Source of the DNA: Patescibacteria group bacterium
GTDB lineage: Bacteria > Patescibacteriota > Minisyncoccia > Phycocordibacterales > PALSA-1337
Reading direction: 5' to 3'
Assembly: GCA_038065415.1 (NCBI GenBank)
Contig: JBBTRA010000001.1
Location: 7,894 to 71,893, forward strand
DNA length: 64,000 bases
Below the pieces are notes generated by a model. That model made no database searches. It was not told where the DNA came from and worked only from the letters and a program-made list of their open reading frames with translations. Of this stretch, positions 36,649-47,652 are shown in pieces. The translations under genes were made by a program, and so were the position numbers. The first letter of the stretch is position 1, and each line of letters opens with the position of its first letter.

Positions 36649-38697
36649 CTAGTACTTATTGCGTATAATCCATTGAGCCGGCCTACCTTTCACCTGAATA
36701 TACTTCTCTACTTCCGTATAATTGCCAGCTTTATCATATGCACGCAAATTCACAGACACCAATCCCGGATCAGTGAATGGTACATACGTCTGCTTTCCTA
36801 CCGGGAGATACAGATCACTTCCATCTATGTCGACATACATCGTACTCTGTAGACCACTACCCGTATCCTCTGCCTCAAACTCGAACCTCACCACGTCGCC
36901 CACGTCGACACTATCCGCACTGGATCTGATTACTGCACCCGTCGGTGGAGCAGTATCGATCATAACCCGGTAATGACGCACCTCGCCAAGTTTACCCGCA
37001 ACGACAGGAGCCACATGAAAATAGAAAATCCCATCACTAGGAGCAAGGAGTGTTGCGTTCTCCCCTGATGAGCGTACACCTCCCACAGGGATCGTGCTGG
37101 AATCCTGATCGAGCGCATATACAAACTCTGTCGTGCTAGCTGAACTGATCCAAGAGAACTCGAGCTTTCTCGAAGCATACCAACGGCTTCCATTGGGATG
37201 TGTCGGAGAATGCACAATGAGGGTGGATGCAACATTATCTATGAAGCGGTAATTGCCATCAACCGCGATGCGCAAGACATTAGTGCCGAGCCCATCATTG
37301 GCGAGCACCTCTGTCTCATCTGTAAAGATAAAATCCGTAGAACCCGCTTTCTTCGGCTTGAAGATAATATTCGCAATCACACCCGATGAGCCGGAGAAGC
37401 CCGGAGACACGAGTCCGCATGCAATCCTCACTTTCCCCTCCGAAGATTCTATACTCCTCTCCAAGAAGTGGGTACACAGTGAATTCTCGGTGCGCATATC
37501 CATTACCTCGATAATATCGGGATCATACTCCATGATGGCAGCAACCGCATTGATTCGCTCACTGCCCGTGTTCACAAGAATAGCGACACTGCGCTCGAAC
37601 CTAACATCAAAAACTCCCTGCTCAGGTTGAAGACGCATAGTTGAGTTGTACAATATGTACGGGATTGGTCTGAGTTGGGCATATGGCACGAACGGTACAC
37701 GCGACAAAATGACCATGGCTGCAGCAATCAGAAAAGCAAACGTAGCGAGCGACCAGTAATAATAACGCGTACGCAAGGCCGCGGAAGGATGCTTCTGTAT
37801 GACAGCAAACGCGAAGACCGCTAAAGCAAGTAGAATGATGCCCATGCGTACAGGGGCAGAATATCCATGATACGGGACAAGAATGAGCGCGCCTCCTGGA
37901 TTCGTAGCCTCTAGACCAGGGAACTGCACATTCTCAACTTGGTAGTACGGACCCTTGCCCAGACGGACCAGTGTGCCTGTCTTACCGAGGCGTATCCAGT
38001 CTGAGTCTATATTGAAGTACGAGACGATCATCTGCCGCATCTCAGGGTCCGAAATAGAAGAACCATAAATACCATAATCTCGTGTATAGAAAATAACTTC
38101 TACACCTGGCCGCATGTAACGCTCAGCAAAACGCTCAGCATAAGGATCATCCATGAGATAGTTCGCAAAAACCGCCCCGAGCATCGTACCACCAGCATCA
38201 TATACGTGCCTACCCGTCGTCATCAGGAGCTGTACAGGATCAAAACTACTCGCTTCCACCGACGCTACTTCACGTGCACCGGCCCTGATCGCACGCCCTT
38301 GAGGTGATGTCAGGAAAACATTCTCACCCGTACTCGATGCGCTCCGAGTACGGGTGAGAATGATACCGTGAGAGTCAGCGAATCCCATCAGACCGATGCT
38401 TCGCGCATCCTTTTCTGCACGAAGAAGCTCTAGGATAGCAGAAGGATTACCTGACGATGCGGCTTCTTGGAACCGTTCCGTATTCGCTACAGCATTCCCT
38501 TGTGTTATTAGATAGGATTTGTCCGTCGAAATTCCTCTATCAAAATCCTGACGCGAGTCCTGCGTCTTGGAAGAGGTCCAAAAACAGGTCCCGTACATGA
38601 CAACAGCAGTCAGTAGAACAAAGACACCCACAGCAGATGCAGAGGCGATTCGCAAAGATGGAGAGTTCCAAAAGAATTTTCGCCGAGAAGGCTTCAT
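36649..38697 (-). CDS. Membrane protein with Cache-like, cohesin and Ig-like domains
   Basis: TM, Cache-like region, 2 TM, cohesin (INAV..YDP..GFSGSSG..VLANDGLGT), SPTHP, IDTAPP, DTGSGL, AYDKAGN. Confidence 0.8.
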   Translation of the reverse strand: MKPSRRKFFWNSPSLRIASASAVGVFVLLTAVVMYGTCFWTSSKTQDSRQDFDRGISTDKSYLITQGNAVANTERFQEAASSGNPSAILELLRAEKDARSIGLMGFADSHGIILTRTRSASSTGENVFLTSPQGRAIRAGAREVASVEASSFDPVQLLMTTGRHVYDAGGTMLGAVFANYLMDDPYAERFAERYMRPGVEVIFYTRDYGIYGSSISDPEMRQMIVSYFNIDSDWIRLGKTGTLVRLGKGPYYQVENVQFPGLEATNPGGALILVPYHGYSAPVRMGIILLALAVFAFAVIQKHPSAALRTRYYYWSLATFAFLIAAAMVILSRVPFVPYAQLRPIPYILYNSTMRLQPEQGVFDVRFERSVAILVNTGSERINAVAAIMEYDPDIIEVMDMRTENSLCTHFLERSIESSEGKVRIACGLVSPGFSGSSGVIANIIFKPKKAGSTDFIFTDETEVLANDGLGTNVLRIAVDGNYRFIDNVASTLIVHSPTHPNGSRWYASRKLEFSWISSASTTEFVYALDQDSSTIPVGGVRSSGENATLLAPSDGIFYFHVAPVVAGKLGEVRHYRVMIDTAPPTGAVIRSSADSVDVGDVVRFEFEAEDTGSGLQSTMYVDIDGSDLYLPVGKQTYVPFTDPGLVSVNLRAYDKAGNYTEVEKYIQVKGRPAQWIIRNKY

Positions 38698-38814
38698 AGC
38701 TGGTACAAGTATAGCAGAGTACTGAATCACGACGAACCTTCTAATCCGGATTGACAAAATAGATATATCGTTATAATGTACTCTTCAGCTGAACCCCACA
38801 AAAAAGGACACCCT

Positions 38815-39360
38815 ATGCTCGGAGAAATTCAAAGCATCCTACATGTCACCGATACCGGATTGGTCGGCAGAGTCGACTATGCCCTGCTCAGCTACGAGCG
38901 GTTGCACTACCTCGCCTATGCCTGCGTGCCCGTCAAACCACAGGTCGAGGCTGTTCGTGCTCGTAACCGCGAAGACCTCATAATCATGGCACTCGAACGG
39001 GCTGAAGGTTGCCAGCTCCGTCAACGGATCCTTCTTGAAGTACGAACATGTCTGGCATACCCCGATGAGATCCTTCCTGGAGATGCACACCTCATCGAGG
39101 CGCACATCGAATGGTTCCCTGCCTGGGGAAAATCCCCCGCCTACGGCAGGACCTACCGGCACAGCAAACCAGGCCGATCGCAAGTACTTTCGGACCTATT
39201 CGCGGCGCATATCGCAGGAGACCTGGAAACAGTCCTGGCTCGCCCGCTCAGAAATGCACCGCCGGGAGGTCACATCGAAGTTCCTCAGCGACAACACGTG
39301 TACAGCCTGAACAGAGCATCTGGATTGTCTCGCGCACCCACGTTGCTCCTTCATGCGTGA
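38815..39360 (+). CDS. Hypothetical protein
   Basis: SD AAAGGA, upstream TTGACA, downstream terminator. Confidence 0.7.
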   Translation: MLGEIQSILHVTDTGLVGRVDYALLSYERLHYLAYACVPVKPQVEAVRARNREDLIIMALERAEGCQLRQRILLEVRTCLAYPDEILPGDAHLIEAHIEWFPAWGKSPAYGRTYRHSKPGRSQVLSDLFAAHIAGDLETVLARPLRNAPPGGHIEVPQRQHVYSLNRASGLSRAPTLLLHA

Positions 39361-39463
39361 ATGACACCATCGCCCACCGCCTCTATTTTGAGGCGGTTTT
39401 TTCATGCTCGATTCTAGAGCTCTACATGGGGCTCTTTATGAATATGCGGACACAAAAATATGC

Positions 39464-39493
39464 TTGACAAATGCATATATAGTATGCTATAAT
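39464..39493 (+). promoter_or_regulatory. Sigma70 promoter with a structured leader
   Basis: TTGACA-18-TATAAT with TGn. Confidence 0.75.
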
Positions 39494-39601
39494 ATACACA
39501 GAAGGATTAGAGTGATTCTGTGGGGCTTGTGCCCCATGGAGTTAGATCATTCGAGATCTTTTACAACCTTACCATCGGGATAACATCCCAAGGAGGTTCA
39601 G

Positions 39602-40270
39602 ATGACAGCTACGAATTCACCGGCAACCACAACCACTGCCTCAATCAAGCCATTTGGCGATCAGGCTCGAATCGGACACGCAACAAACTGCCACACGGTC
39701 CTCGCGAAGTTCTACTTCACGAATCCCAAGCATATCCCCCCGGGAATCCCCGAGGTGACTCGCGCGGAGAGCACCGCGATCGATGCGGCTCATATCCGCT
39801 TCGCATACGAAATCAAGCAGGGGCAGTTGGCCCAGCCTGGACGGGTGCGCGAAGGTCGCGTGGACACTGGGGTGCAGTTCATCAACAATCTGCACAATGT
39901 TCACGGAGGTTGCTTGGTGCGCGGGCTCTGCAACGCCAACATCGGCTACTTCGTCACTCACTGCCATTGGTTTCGCTTGAAGAGCGACACTCCGCAGAAA
40001 TCTGACAAGTACGTGGTAGTCCTATGCTTCAGCACCGACTCGGAGAAGAAACTCGAGACGGGCCGAGCAACTCTCGAAGCTCGGCGCGCGCTCGCTTCGA
40101 CCTGCTGGCAATGGCTTCACGCCTATACAAACCCCAACGGGGTCATCACGCTGAACTTCGGGGGACGCATGCCCGATGGTAAGCCCAAAAACACGGTGGT
40201 CGTGCGCAATGGATGCCTTACGGCAGCGCAGATCATCGAACCTGTCACGGAGGAACAGGAAGAGGGTTAA
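39602..40270 (+). CDS. Hypothetical protein
   Basis: 222 aa, perfect SD AAGGAGGT, followed by a terminator. Confidence 0.8.
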   Translation: MTATNSPATTTTASIKPFGDQARIGHATNCHTVLAKFYFTNPKHIPPGIPEVTRAESTAIDAAHIRFAYEIKQGQLAQPGRVREGRVDTGVQFINNLHNVHGGCLVRGLCNANIGYFVTHCHWFRLKSDTPQKSDKYVVVLCFSTDSEKKLETGRATLEARRALASTCWQWLHAYTNPNGVITLNFGGRMPDGKPKNTVVVRNGCLTAAQIIEPVTEEQEEG

Positions 40271-40348
40271 TCCCTTATCCCTCCAATCACCGAACCGGCA
40301 ACGCATCACGCGCTGCCGGTTCATTTTTTATATTTTATTGTATCGCTC

Positions 40349-41782
40349 CTACATGTTTTCGAACTGACCAAAACCGGAATCTTTCCTCGAAGTATTAACT
40401 TCTGCAAAATACTCTATCGTGCGCGAGATAGGATCTTTGCTGAGCAGTGACGGCGTATCCACGACTCCCTCAGCGATGCCCTCGGGAGGACGCCCTGAAA
40501 CCATATTGAATAGATGAGAGAGGAATGTCGTAGCATACTCCCCCTTATTGAGACTAAAACGGAAACTGACACCTTCCGGAGAGAATGCTACAGAATCAAT
40601 AGCCGCCTTCTCCAGCGCACGCACCCGTCGCTCTTGAAGGATGATGGTGCGGAACGGCCTCAAATGCTGGAATTGCGGAGGATAGTATTTTATGGAGGTG
40701 AGCAAGCGGGCATAGAAATCAACATCTTCTTTCTTGGTACTCAGCAGGAGGGGCAATTCTGGCGGGACCGGCTCCCCTATCTGTATATATGTCGATATGC
40801 TCTCGTTGAAAAGGAGTGAAGAAAAAGCATACACCCACAAGGTTGCCTGTTCCTGAACCGCGAGCAATGCCCCGAGATAATCCTCAGGCTTGCTGATGAG
40901 GTGATCAACGATTTTGTTCTCATTGGCCATGATCAGCGGAAACGGCTCGATCAGTGCTTTGACCGCTGTCCAATCAGGAACAACAGCTGCAATATTTATG
41001 CGGAGGCGATTGAAATACGGTACCTCCCGCTCGCTCGCAACCGTCAGATATTTGATGATGGTTTCCTTGTATCTGCCGCGTGCTATATCAAATCCGAGCT
41101 CATGCGACATGAACCGAGGCACGCCAAATCTTTGGAGATAGTAGAAATTGTAAAATCCAGTCTCTGCCACGCGGCGCTCCTGCGCCATGAATGCTTCCTG
41201 ATCGACCATACCCTGAGTGCGAATGAAGAGGGTGAATCGGTTGCCTTTGAGACCACCTTTGCTGACACCACCCTTGCCATAGCGCATATCCTTGAGGAAG
41301 TAGTGCGGCGATGAAATAGTCGCGAGCTTGCTACTATCTACTCCGTGAAAGGAAATCGCTTGTGAAGTGATGGCATTCTTATCTTTGAGGCCCGCGTAAT
41401 GAATGTCTTGAGGAGAACACCCGATACGCTTGGCCATATCTTCAATAGCGTCAAATGTCGAGATGTTGCACTTGACCAGTGTCGCAAAAATAATCCTCTG
41501 CTTCTCAGCACCAGGCACCTGAACAGGCACCGCTTCAGGAGTTACTGGAGCATCAATCGTAGATACCGTGCCATCAGGACCAACCTCTTCCACGATGAAG
41601 TCACTCGGGTAAAGCTTGAGATATCCCTGCGGACATGATTCTTTGCCGGGAATGACGATGCCAAAATCACGGAGAAACGCGGCATCTTCGATACGCGATG
41701 ACTCGGCAAAAAGCTCGGGATTCGTTTTGAATGTTTCGTAGAGCTTGAGCTGCTCCTTCCTTTTGATCTCCATCCTGTCCAT
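40349..41782 (-). CDS. truD: tRNA pseudouridine(13) synthase
   Basis: DFIVEE, YAGLKDKNAITSQ, LKGNRF, QRFG, FSLNKGEYATT. Confidence 0.92.
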   Translation of the reverse strand: MDRMEIKRKEQLKLYETFKTNPELFAESSRIEDAAFLRDFGIVIPGKESCPQGYLKLYPSDFIVEEVGPDGTVSTIDAPVTPEAVPVQVPGAEKQRIIFATLVKCNISTFDAIEDMAKRIGCSPQDIHYAGLKDKNAITSQAISFHGVDSSKLATISSPHYFLKDMRYGKGGVSKGGLKGNRFTLFIRTQGMVDQEAFMAQERRVAETGFYNFYYLQRFGVPRFMSHELGFDIARGRYKETIIKYLTVASEREVPYFNRLRINIAAVVPDWTAVKALIEPFPLIMANENKIVDHLISKPEDYLGALLAVQEQATLWVYAFSSLLFNESISTYIQIGEPVPPELPLLLSTKKEDVDFYARLLTSIKYYPPQFQHLRPFRTIILQERRVRALEKAAIDSVAFSPEGVSFRFSLNKGEYATTFLSHLFNMVSGRPPEGIAEGVVDTPSLLSKDPISRTIEYFAEVNTSRKDSGFGQFENM

Positions 41783-41809
41783 ATGCGTTCAATTGTAGCA
41801 GAGTAGCTA

Positions 41810-42367
41810 TCAAATTGCCGCCCCCTTCTTTTCCTTCTGCTCAAACATGAGGATATCGTAGCCCGAACGCATACGATCCTCTTTTTTGATACCGAGAGAC
41901 TCGAAGAACCTGAACATTTCTTCTTGCATGCTTTCCGAATCCCCTTCCTCAGCAAGACGCTCCATCTCAATGAATGAACCTAGATCAGTCACCTCATCGA
42001 TACAGATCTCACATCCATTGTGATGTGTGATGATACGGGTTTTTGCAACGCTAATCGCTTTTTGATAACCCATGAGAAAAAGGGCTTGTTCGAGAGGCTC
42101 CTTGGCACTGATTTCCACTTCGTGCTCGATGGCGTCAAGATCGTTTGCCATACGCTTCTTCAGGGTGAAGAGGATCTTCTTACCATCCTTGATCCTGATA
42201 CGCAGGAATACACTATTCGTACGAAACTTCTCCAGTGAACCGACATGTTCAGCATAGACGACATCTTCCTGGGTGACAGATTTCTCGAAAACACAGTCGA
42301 AGGCACGCAATTTTTCCATAACCTGCTCCTTGTCTCTGAGACGCGCCTTGATCTCTACTTCTTTCAT
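41810..42367 (-). CDS. CYTH-domain protein (class IV adenylate cyclase-like)
   Basis: EVEIK, LRIR, EHE, KTR, IDEVTDLGSFIEME. Confidence 0.9.
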   Translation of the reverse strand: MKEVEIKARLRDKEQVMEKLRAFDCVFEKSVTQEDVVYAEHVGSLEKFRTNSVFLRIRIKDGKKILFTLKKRMANDLDAIEHEVEISAKEPLEQALFLMGYQKAISVAKTRIITHHNGCEICIDEVTDLGSFIEMERLAEEGDSESMQEEMFRFFESLGIKKEDRMRSGYDILMFEQKEKKGAAI

Positions 42368-42373
42368 GGGATC

Positions 42374-42736
42374 TTATTTCTTGTGATGGATCAGGATATT
42401 GTTCTGATCAGGATCCTTGATGACAGCCATCTTGCATGTTGGATAATCCTGCGGTTCGAGCTTGAAGACAACACCTGCAGTCTTGAGCTTTGCGATAGTA
42501 GCGTCAAAATCTATAGTCTCGAGGGCAATGACCGCACCATCCTGTGACGGCTTCCAGTCAGGCGAACAGCCGATCGCCAACGACCCTGATCCGATGTTGT
42601 ATTCGATCCACATAGAGTCGGGCTTATCACCCGGAAATTCCTCGTTTGGTTTGAGACCGAGTATTCCCTCATAGAAGGCGCGCGCCTTCTTGATATCAGT
42701 GACCGCGTATATGGTGAATGCGATGTCTTTGAACAT
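42374..42736 (-). CDS. VOC/glyoxalase family protein
   Basis: VTDIKKARAFY..LGL, DPDQN. Confidence 0.9.
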   Translation of the reverse strand: MFKDIAFTIYAVTDIKKARAFYEGILGLKPNEEFPGDKPDSMWIEYNIGSGSLAIGCSPDWKPSQDGAVIALETIDFDATIAKLKTAGVVFKLEPQDYPTCKMAVIKDPDQNNILIHHKK

Positions 42737-42768
42737 GGTTGTGCAGAATTATTTGTATAACCTATCTA

Positions 42769-43515
42769 CTATTTGCCTTTATTCGTAAATCCCTCGAAGG
42801 CCTTGAGCACTTCTATCGGTGTCGCAAAGATGATGGTGTTGGACTGATCCGAGCTCACATCATTGATCGACTGGAGCGTACGTAAATGGAGTGCTCCAGG
42901 AACGGCAGAAAGTATGCGTGCAGCACCAGCCAAATTTTCTGCGGCGGCAAGCTCTCCTTCAGAGGTGATGATGACTGCTCTCTTCTCACGCTCTGCCTCT
43001 GCCTGACGAGCTATGACTCGCTCCATATCGGCTGGTAACTTCACATCCTTGAGCTCGACATTGCTGACCTTGAGTCCCCATGCATCAGTCTCTCGATCGA
43101 CGATGTCCCTGATACGATCAGCTATCTTGTCCCTGTTGGCGAGAAGCTCGTCGAGGGTTGCTTCACCTACGATGTTCCTCATGGTCGTCTGGGCGTACTG
43201 AGATATAGCATAGCGGAAATCCTCCACCTCGAGGATGACCTTATCAGCAGCTGATACCTTGTAGTAAATGACGGCATTCACATTGACGGAGACGTTGTCA
43301 CGAGTGATGGCATTCTGATCTGGCACATCGACCGCTTTGACACGAAGATCGACTTTCTTCATTTGCTGGAATACAGGAATGACGAGTCTCCAACCGGCTT
43401 TCTTGATGCCTGTATAGCGGCCCATGGTGAGCATAACTCCGTTCTCATACTGGTTGACCTGGCGCAAGCTGACCAAAAGTATGACGGCGATGATTATGAC
43501 AATGGATGTGATCAT
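42769..43515 (-). CDS. SPFH/stomatin-like protein
   Basis: KVDLR, ITRDNV, AQTTMR, QAEAERE, LHLRTLQ. Confidence 0.95.
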   Translation of the reverse strand: MITSIVIIIAVILLVSLRQVNQYENGVMLTMGRYTGIKKAGWRLVIPVFQQMKKVDLRVKAVDVPDQNAITRDNVSVNVNAVIYYKVSAADKVILEVEDFRYAISQYAQTTMRNIVGEATLDELLANRDKIADRIRDIVDRETDAWGLKVSNVELKDVKLPADMERVIARQAEAEREKRAVIITSEGELAAAENLAGAARILSAVPGALHLRTLQSINDVSSDQSNTIIFATPIEVLKAFEGFTNKGK

Positions 43516-43606
43516 GTGGATATATTATCGCTGATAAATATCAAAACGCTTCTCTATATATTCCGCAGTATAGTACAAAAAAGCCGCATCGGGAAGCGGC
43601 TCTAGT

Positions 43607-45652
43607 CTACGCTGCTAGACCGAAGTCCAACATCTTCTTCTCGATATCAGCAGCAAGCACTTTGAACTTCACCGCATCTCCAAGCGTATAGCGCTTGCCC
43701 GTCTTCTGTCCCACGATCGAGTAGGTCTTCTCATCGAATACATAGAAATCATTACCGAGGTTACGCATACCAATCATGCCTTCGGAGCGAGTCTCCTTCT
43801 CTTCGACATACATGCCCCACTTGGTCACACCTGAGATAGTGCCTTCGAATACCTGGCCGACGCGAGTACTCATGTATTCAACCTGCTTGAGCTTCTTGGA
43901 AGAACGCTCCGCGTCTGCAGCGTCAATCTCACGAGCTGTCGAAGTCTCGGCAATCTTCTGGAAAACAGCGATATCAGTATCGCCAAAAGGCTCATGCTTG
44001 AGATGCTTCTCGAGAATGCGATGAACCAAGAGGTCCGGATAGCGACGAATCGGTGAAGTGAAGTGTGTATAAAAATCGAATGCCAATCCGAAGTGACCAA
44101 TGTTTTTGGTAGAGTAAACTGCCTTCTGCATGGAACGGATGACAGCGATACTGATAAGTGGCTGCTGCGGCGTACCTTCGATGGCTTCGAGGAGCTGGTT
44201 GATATCGTGTGCATTGACTACTCCGTCCTTGTGCTTGAGATCGAACCCGAGTGCACGCACAAAGATAGCTAGATCCTTGATACGCTCACGATCAGGCGTG
44301 TCGTGGATGCGATAGATAGCACCCGTATCGCGCTTCCCCTTCTTGATGATCTGATCATAGACATACTTGGCAACCTCACGGTTGGCGAGAAGCATGTACT
44401 CCTCAACGAGCTTGTGTGTATCGAGACGCGGCTTGACGTAGACGCCGATCGGCTTGCCCGCTGGGTCGAGTCGAAACTTGACCTCATCCTGTTCGAACTC
44501 GATAGCTCCCTTGGAAAACTTTTCCTTCTGAAAGATCTTGGCCAAACGATTGAGCGTAAGCATCGCATCACGATACTTCATGCCAGCCTCAGCTGACGCT
44601 GCGGTTTGGAGCCCGCTCGAGTATTTGTCCATATTGGCCACATCTCCATCAATAGCAGCCTGGGCCGTCTCATAGGTGAAGCGGTGCGTCGAATTCATGA
44701 TGGTCTTGCCGAACCAACGATCTTTGATCTGCGCTTTGTCATCGACAACGAAGACAGCCGAGAAACTGAGTTTGTCTTCTTGCGGATTCAAGCTACACAC
44801 ATCATTGGAAAGCACTTCAGGGAGCATGGGGATGGTGCGATCGACGAGGTATATAGAACACCCACGTTTGACTGCTTCTGCATCGAGCGCAGTTCCTGGG
44901 CGAACATAATGAGATACATCTGCGATGTGAACGCCGATCTCATAAAGCGGTCCCTTCGCCTCAAATTTCGCCGCTTCTTCGTCGGTCAACAGCTTGAATG
45001 AAATTGCGTCATCGAAGTCCTTGGCATCAAATGGATCGATAGTGAATGTTGGCGTCGTACGCATGTCGCGGCGCTTGGCGATCTCTTCAGCAGTGATCGC
45101 CTTACCAGATCTCCCCATCTCCTCAGCCTCCTTTTCAACAGCTGCAGGAAATCCGACCTCGAAACCTTTTTCAAGTACGATAGATTCCATCTCCACATCA
45201 TTCACACCCTTCTTACCGAGAATGCGAACTATCTTTCCCTGAGGATTCTTCTTTGGATCAGTCCATGGCAAGAGCTCCACCTGGACCTTGTCATCTTTAT
45301 TCGCCTTCTTGGCTTCATCAGCAGAGAGTTCGATCTTCACATACATTTTACGATCATCGGGAACGACAACCATCTTGCCCATATCCTCGCCGAGGATGCC
45401 AACAAATCGATCACGAGCACGTGAAATAACACGCACCACTTCTCCCGTGCGTTCAGTCTTACCCTGCTTTACCTGCGTTCCCGTGACACGCACCTCCACG
45501 CTGTCCTTATTGAGTGCAGTATTGAGGAGACCTGGCTCTATGTATATCGATTGATCTTCGTGGGCAGGATCGTCAAGAAAACCAGCCCCTTTAGCTATGG
45601 TGCTGATCTGTCCTACGATGAGGTTGCCTGCCTTATTAGGCTGAGAATCCAT
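43607..45652 (-). CDS. rnr: Ribonuclease R
   Basis: TIDPFDAKDFDDA, VHIADV, YTHFTSPIRRYPDL, S1 domain; start placed at MDSQP. Confidence 0.97.
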   Translation of the reverse strand: MDSQPNKAGNLIVGQISTIAKGAGFLDDPAHEDQSIYIEPGLLNTALNKDSVEVRVTGTQVKQGKTERTGEVVRVISRARDRFVGILGEDMGKMVVVPDDRKMYVKIELSADEAKKANKDDKVQVELLPWTDPKKNPQGKIVRILGKKGVNDVEMESIVLEKGFEVGFPAAVEKEAEEMGRSGKAITAEEIAKRRDMRTTPTFTIDPFDAKDFDDAISFKLLTDEEAAKFEAKGPLYEIGVHIADVSHYVRPGTALDAEAVKRGCSIYLVDRTIPMLPEVLSNDVCSLNPQEDKLSFSAVFVVDDKAQIKDRWFGKTIMNSTHRFTYETAQAAIDGDVANMDKYSSGLQTAASAEAGMKYRDAMLTLNRLAKIFQKEKFSKGAIEFEQDEVKFRLDPAGKPIGVYVKPRLDTHKLVEEYMLLANREVAKYVYDQIIKKGKRDTGAIYRIHDTPDRERIKDLAIFVRALGFDLKHKDGVVNAHDINQLLEAIEGTPQQPLISIAVIRSMQKAVYSTKNIGHFGLAFDFYTHFTSPIRRYPDLLVHRILEKHLKHEPFGDTDIAVFQKIAETSTAREIDAADAERSSKKLKQVEYMSTRVGQVFEGTISGVTKWGMYVEEKETRSEGMIGMRNLGNDFYVFDEKTYSIVGQKTGKRYTLGDAVKFKVLAADIEKKMLDFGLAA

Positions 45653-45701
45653 GAGAGGGATACTATAGCATTTTATGCGTAAAAAAGCCCCGTTTCCGCG
45701 T

Positions 45702-46655
45702 TTATCTGAACAATGCCGTCCCACTGTCATACTTGAGCCCGAGGATGAGTTCCCCCTTGCTCGTGAAGTGGTACGTCGCCGTATTGGTGAGAATCTGGGC
45801 AAATTCTGCTTCCTGGGACCCTTCACAGTACATTTTTGTCGAAATCATCTTGTCGAATGTAATGGCGCCGTCTTTCGCCATATATTCTCCTCCTATACTG
45901 TTACAGTCGGTCGACGCGGAAAACCTGGTACCCGTAAATGTGAGTACAAATCTTCCTGGAGACTTGGGCACAACCTCTCTCTCATCATTGTACGAGGCAC
46001 TGATCCAAGACCAGCTCTTCATGTCGAGCTTCATCTGTGCAGGATTTGCCTCCCCTTCGAAATCTGTGACAACCTCACCAAACTGCATAGATACCGGATC
46101 GAGGATGAGCCTCAAACTCTTACCGACCGATGGTTTGACGGCAAAGCTCTCTCCTGGGGCGCGGTCGGCATAGGTGACGATGAAAGATTTTCCTGGGCCG
46201 CTCTGGATATTTTGCGGAGCGATGCGGTCTCCGAGAATCATTCCCTGTGATCCTTCGTACCCGCCTTCTTTGTTGAGAGCGGCAACCACATAGTAGAACG
46301 TGGCGCTACCACCCTGTTCCTGGGTCACAAGGAAAGCTATATCATCTCTCCCATCCCCATCGAGATCTTTGATGAGCTCATTGCCAAAATAGCGCGTAGT
46401 GATCTTTGATGCTGATCCAGGCATGATAGTGAGCTCCGAAACACCTGCCTTGAGGGTGATAAGCTGACCCTCGATCACATAGGTTGCACCAAGAGGGCTT
46501 GTAGCAGGAGCCTGGTCACCCTGCTTCTCAGTGTAGATATAGTCATTGAACTTCACGAAACCCCAATACCCCGCAAGCAAGACAAGAAGGATGAGAAGGA
46601 CGATACCCCTACCGATAAAAAACCTGCGGTGCCCCGAGAGTGGTGATGTATTCAT
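45702..46655 (-). CDS. META-domain membrane protein
   Basis: TM, DLDGDGRDD, LGDRIAPQ, TDCN..STKMYC. Confidence 0.85.
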   Translation of the reverse strand: MNTSPLSGHRRFFIGRGIVLLILLVLLAGYWGFVKFNDYIYTEKQGDQAPATSPLGATYVIEGQLITLKAGVSELTIMPGSASKITTRYFGNELIKDLDGDGRDDIAFLVTQEQGGSATFYYVVAALNKEGGYEGSQGMILGDRIAPQNIQSGPGKSFIVTYADRAPGESFAVKPSVGKSLRLILDPVSMQFGEVVTDFEGEANPAQMKLDMKSWSWISASYNDEREVVPKSPGRFVLTFTGTRFSASTDCNSIGGEYMAKDGAITFDKMISTKMYCEGSQEAEFAQILTNTATYHFTSKGELILGLKYDSGTALFR

Positions 46656-46719
46656 ATCCTTTATCATAAAGCATGTAGAGACGGTTGCCAATGCGTCGCG
46701 GTGCGCTATACTTACCCGC

Positions 46720-47640
46720 ATGAAACTTCCAACCCCAGCACAGCGCCCGCTCTATATTGGCTTCGGCATCGTCGCGCTTCTATTCATTGCAACTATCACA
46801 TACTCACACATACGGACAAACACACTATCCAAAAGAATCGAAGCCTTGTCTATGGATACTGCAACTCTCGCTTCCAGTCTTGCCTCAACTACCGAAGTGC
46901 TCCGTGCAAGTATCGATCAGACTCACACCAGCCTGACGAGCGCACTGTCAGAAGAACAGGCCAAGGTCAACAGGATCAGGCGAGAGCTCGGCGGGTTCGA
47001 AGACCAAGTAGGCGATCTTTCTGGAACCCTGAATACCCTCCAGAAACTATCTCAGACGGACCCTGAACTCCTCGTCAAATATTCCAAAGTCTATTTCTTG
47101 AGTGAGAACTATGTCCCTATCCGCCTTTCCGAAATTCCGAACAAATACCAATACAGCAATACAAAACAGCTCCTCATTCACGCCGACGTCCTCCCACATC
47201 TCACCACCATGATCGAGGCGGCCTCATCTACAGGTGTGAAGCTCTATGCGTATTCGGCCTATCGTTCTTTTGCTGAACAAAAAGCCCTCAAAGGAAACTA
47301 CACGGTTGCATATGGAGCAGGCACAGCCAATTCATTCTCTGCTGATCAAGGGTACTCGGAGCATCAACTTGGCACCACACTCGATATCATAACTCCAGGT
47401 ATCGGCGGTGTATTGGAAAGTTTTGACAAGACCGCAGCATATCAGTGGATGCTCAAGAATGCCTACAAATACGGGTTTGTGCTCTCATACCCACAGAACA
47501 ATGGATACTATATCTATGAACCGTGGCACTGGCGCTTCGTCGGCGTGAAGCTCGCTACAGATCTGAACAAACAGGGCAAGAATTTTTATGACCTCGATCA
47601 GAGGAAGATCGATGAGTACCTGGTATCGATATTCGACTAG
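46720..47640 (+). CDS. M15B (VanY-like) D,D-carboxypeptidase with a coiled-coil stalk
   Basis: SAYRS..Q, SEHQLG..D, YEPWHWRF. Confidence 0.93.
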   Translation: MKLPTPAQRPLYIGFGIVALLFIATITYSHIRTNTLSKRIEALSMDTATLASSLASTTEVLRASIDQTHTSLTSALSEEQAKVNRIRRELGGFEDQVGDLSGTLNTLQKLSQTDPELLVKYSKVYFLSENYVPIRLSEIPNKYQYSNTKQLLIHADVLPHLTTMIEAASSTGVKLYAYSAYRSFAEQKALKGNYTVAYGAGTANSFSADQGYSEHQLGTTLDIITPGIGGVLESFDKTAAYQWMLKNAYKYGFVLSYPQNNGYYIYEPWHWRFVGVKLATDLNKQGKNFYDLDQRKIDEYLVSIFD

Positions 47641-47652
47641 TGTATCTAGATA

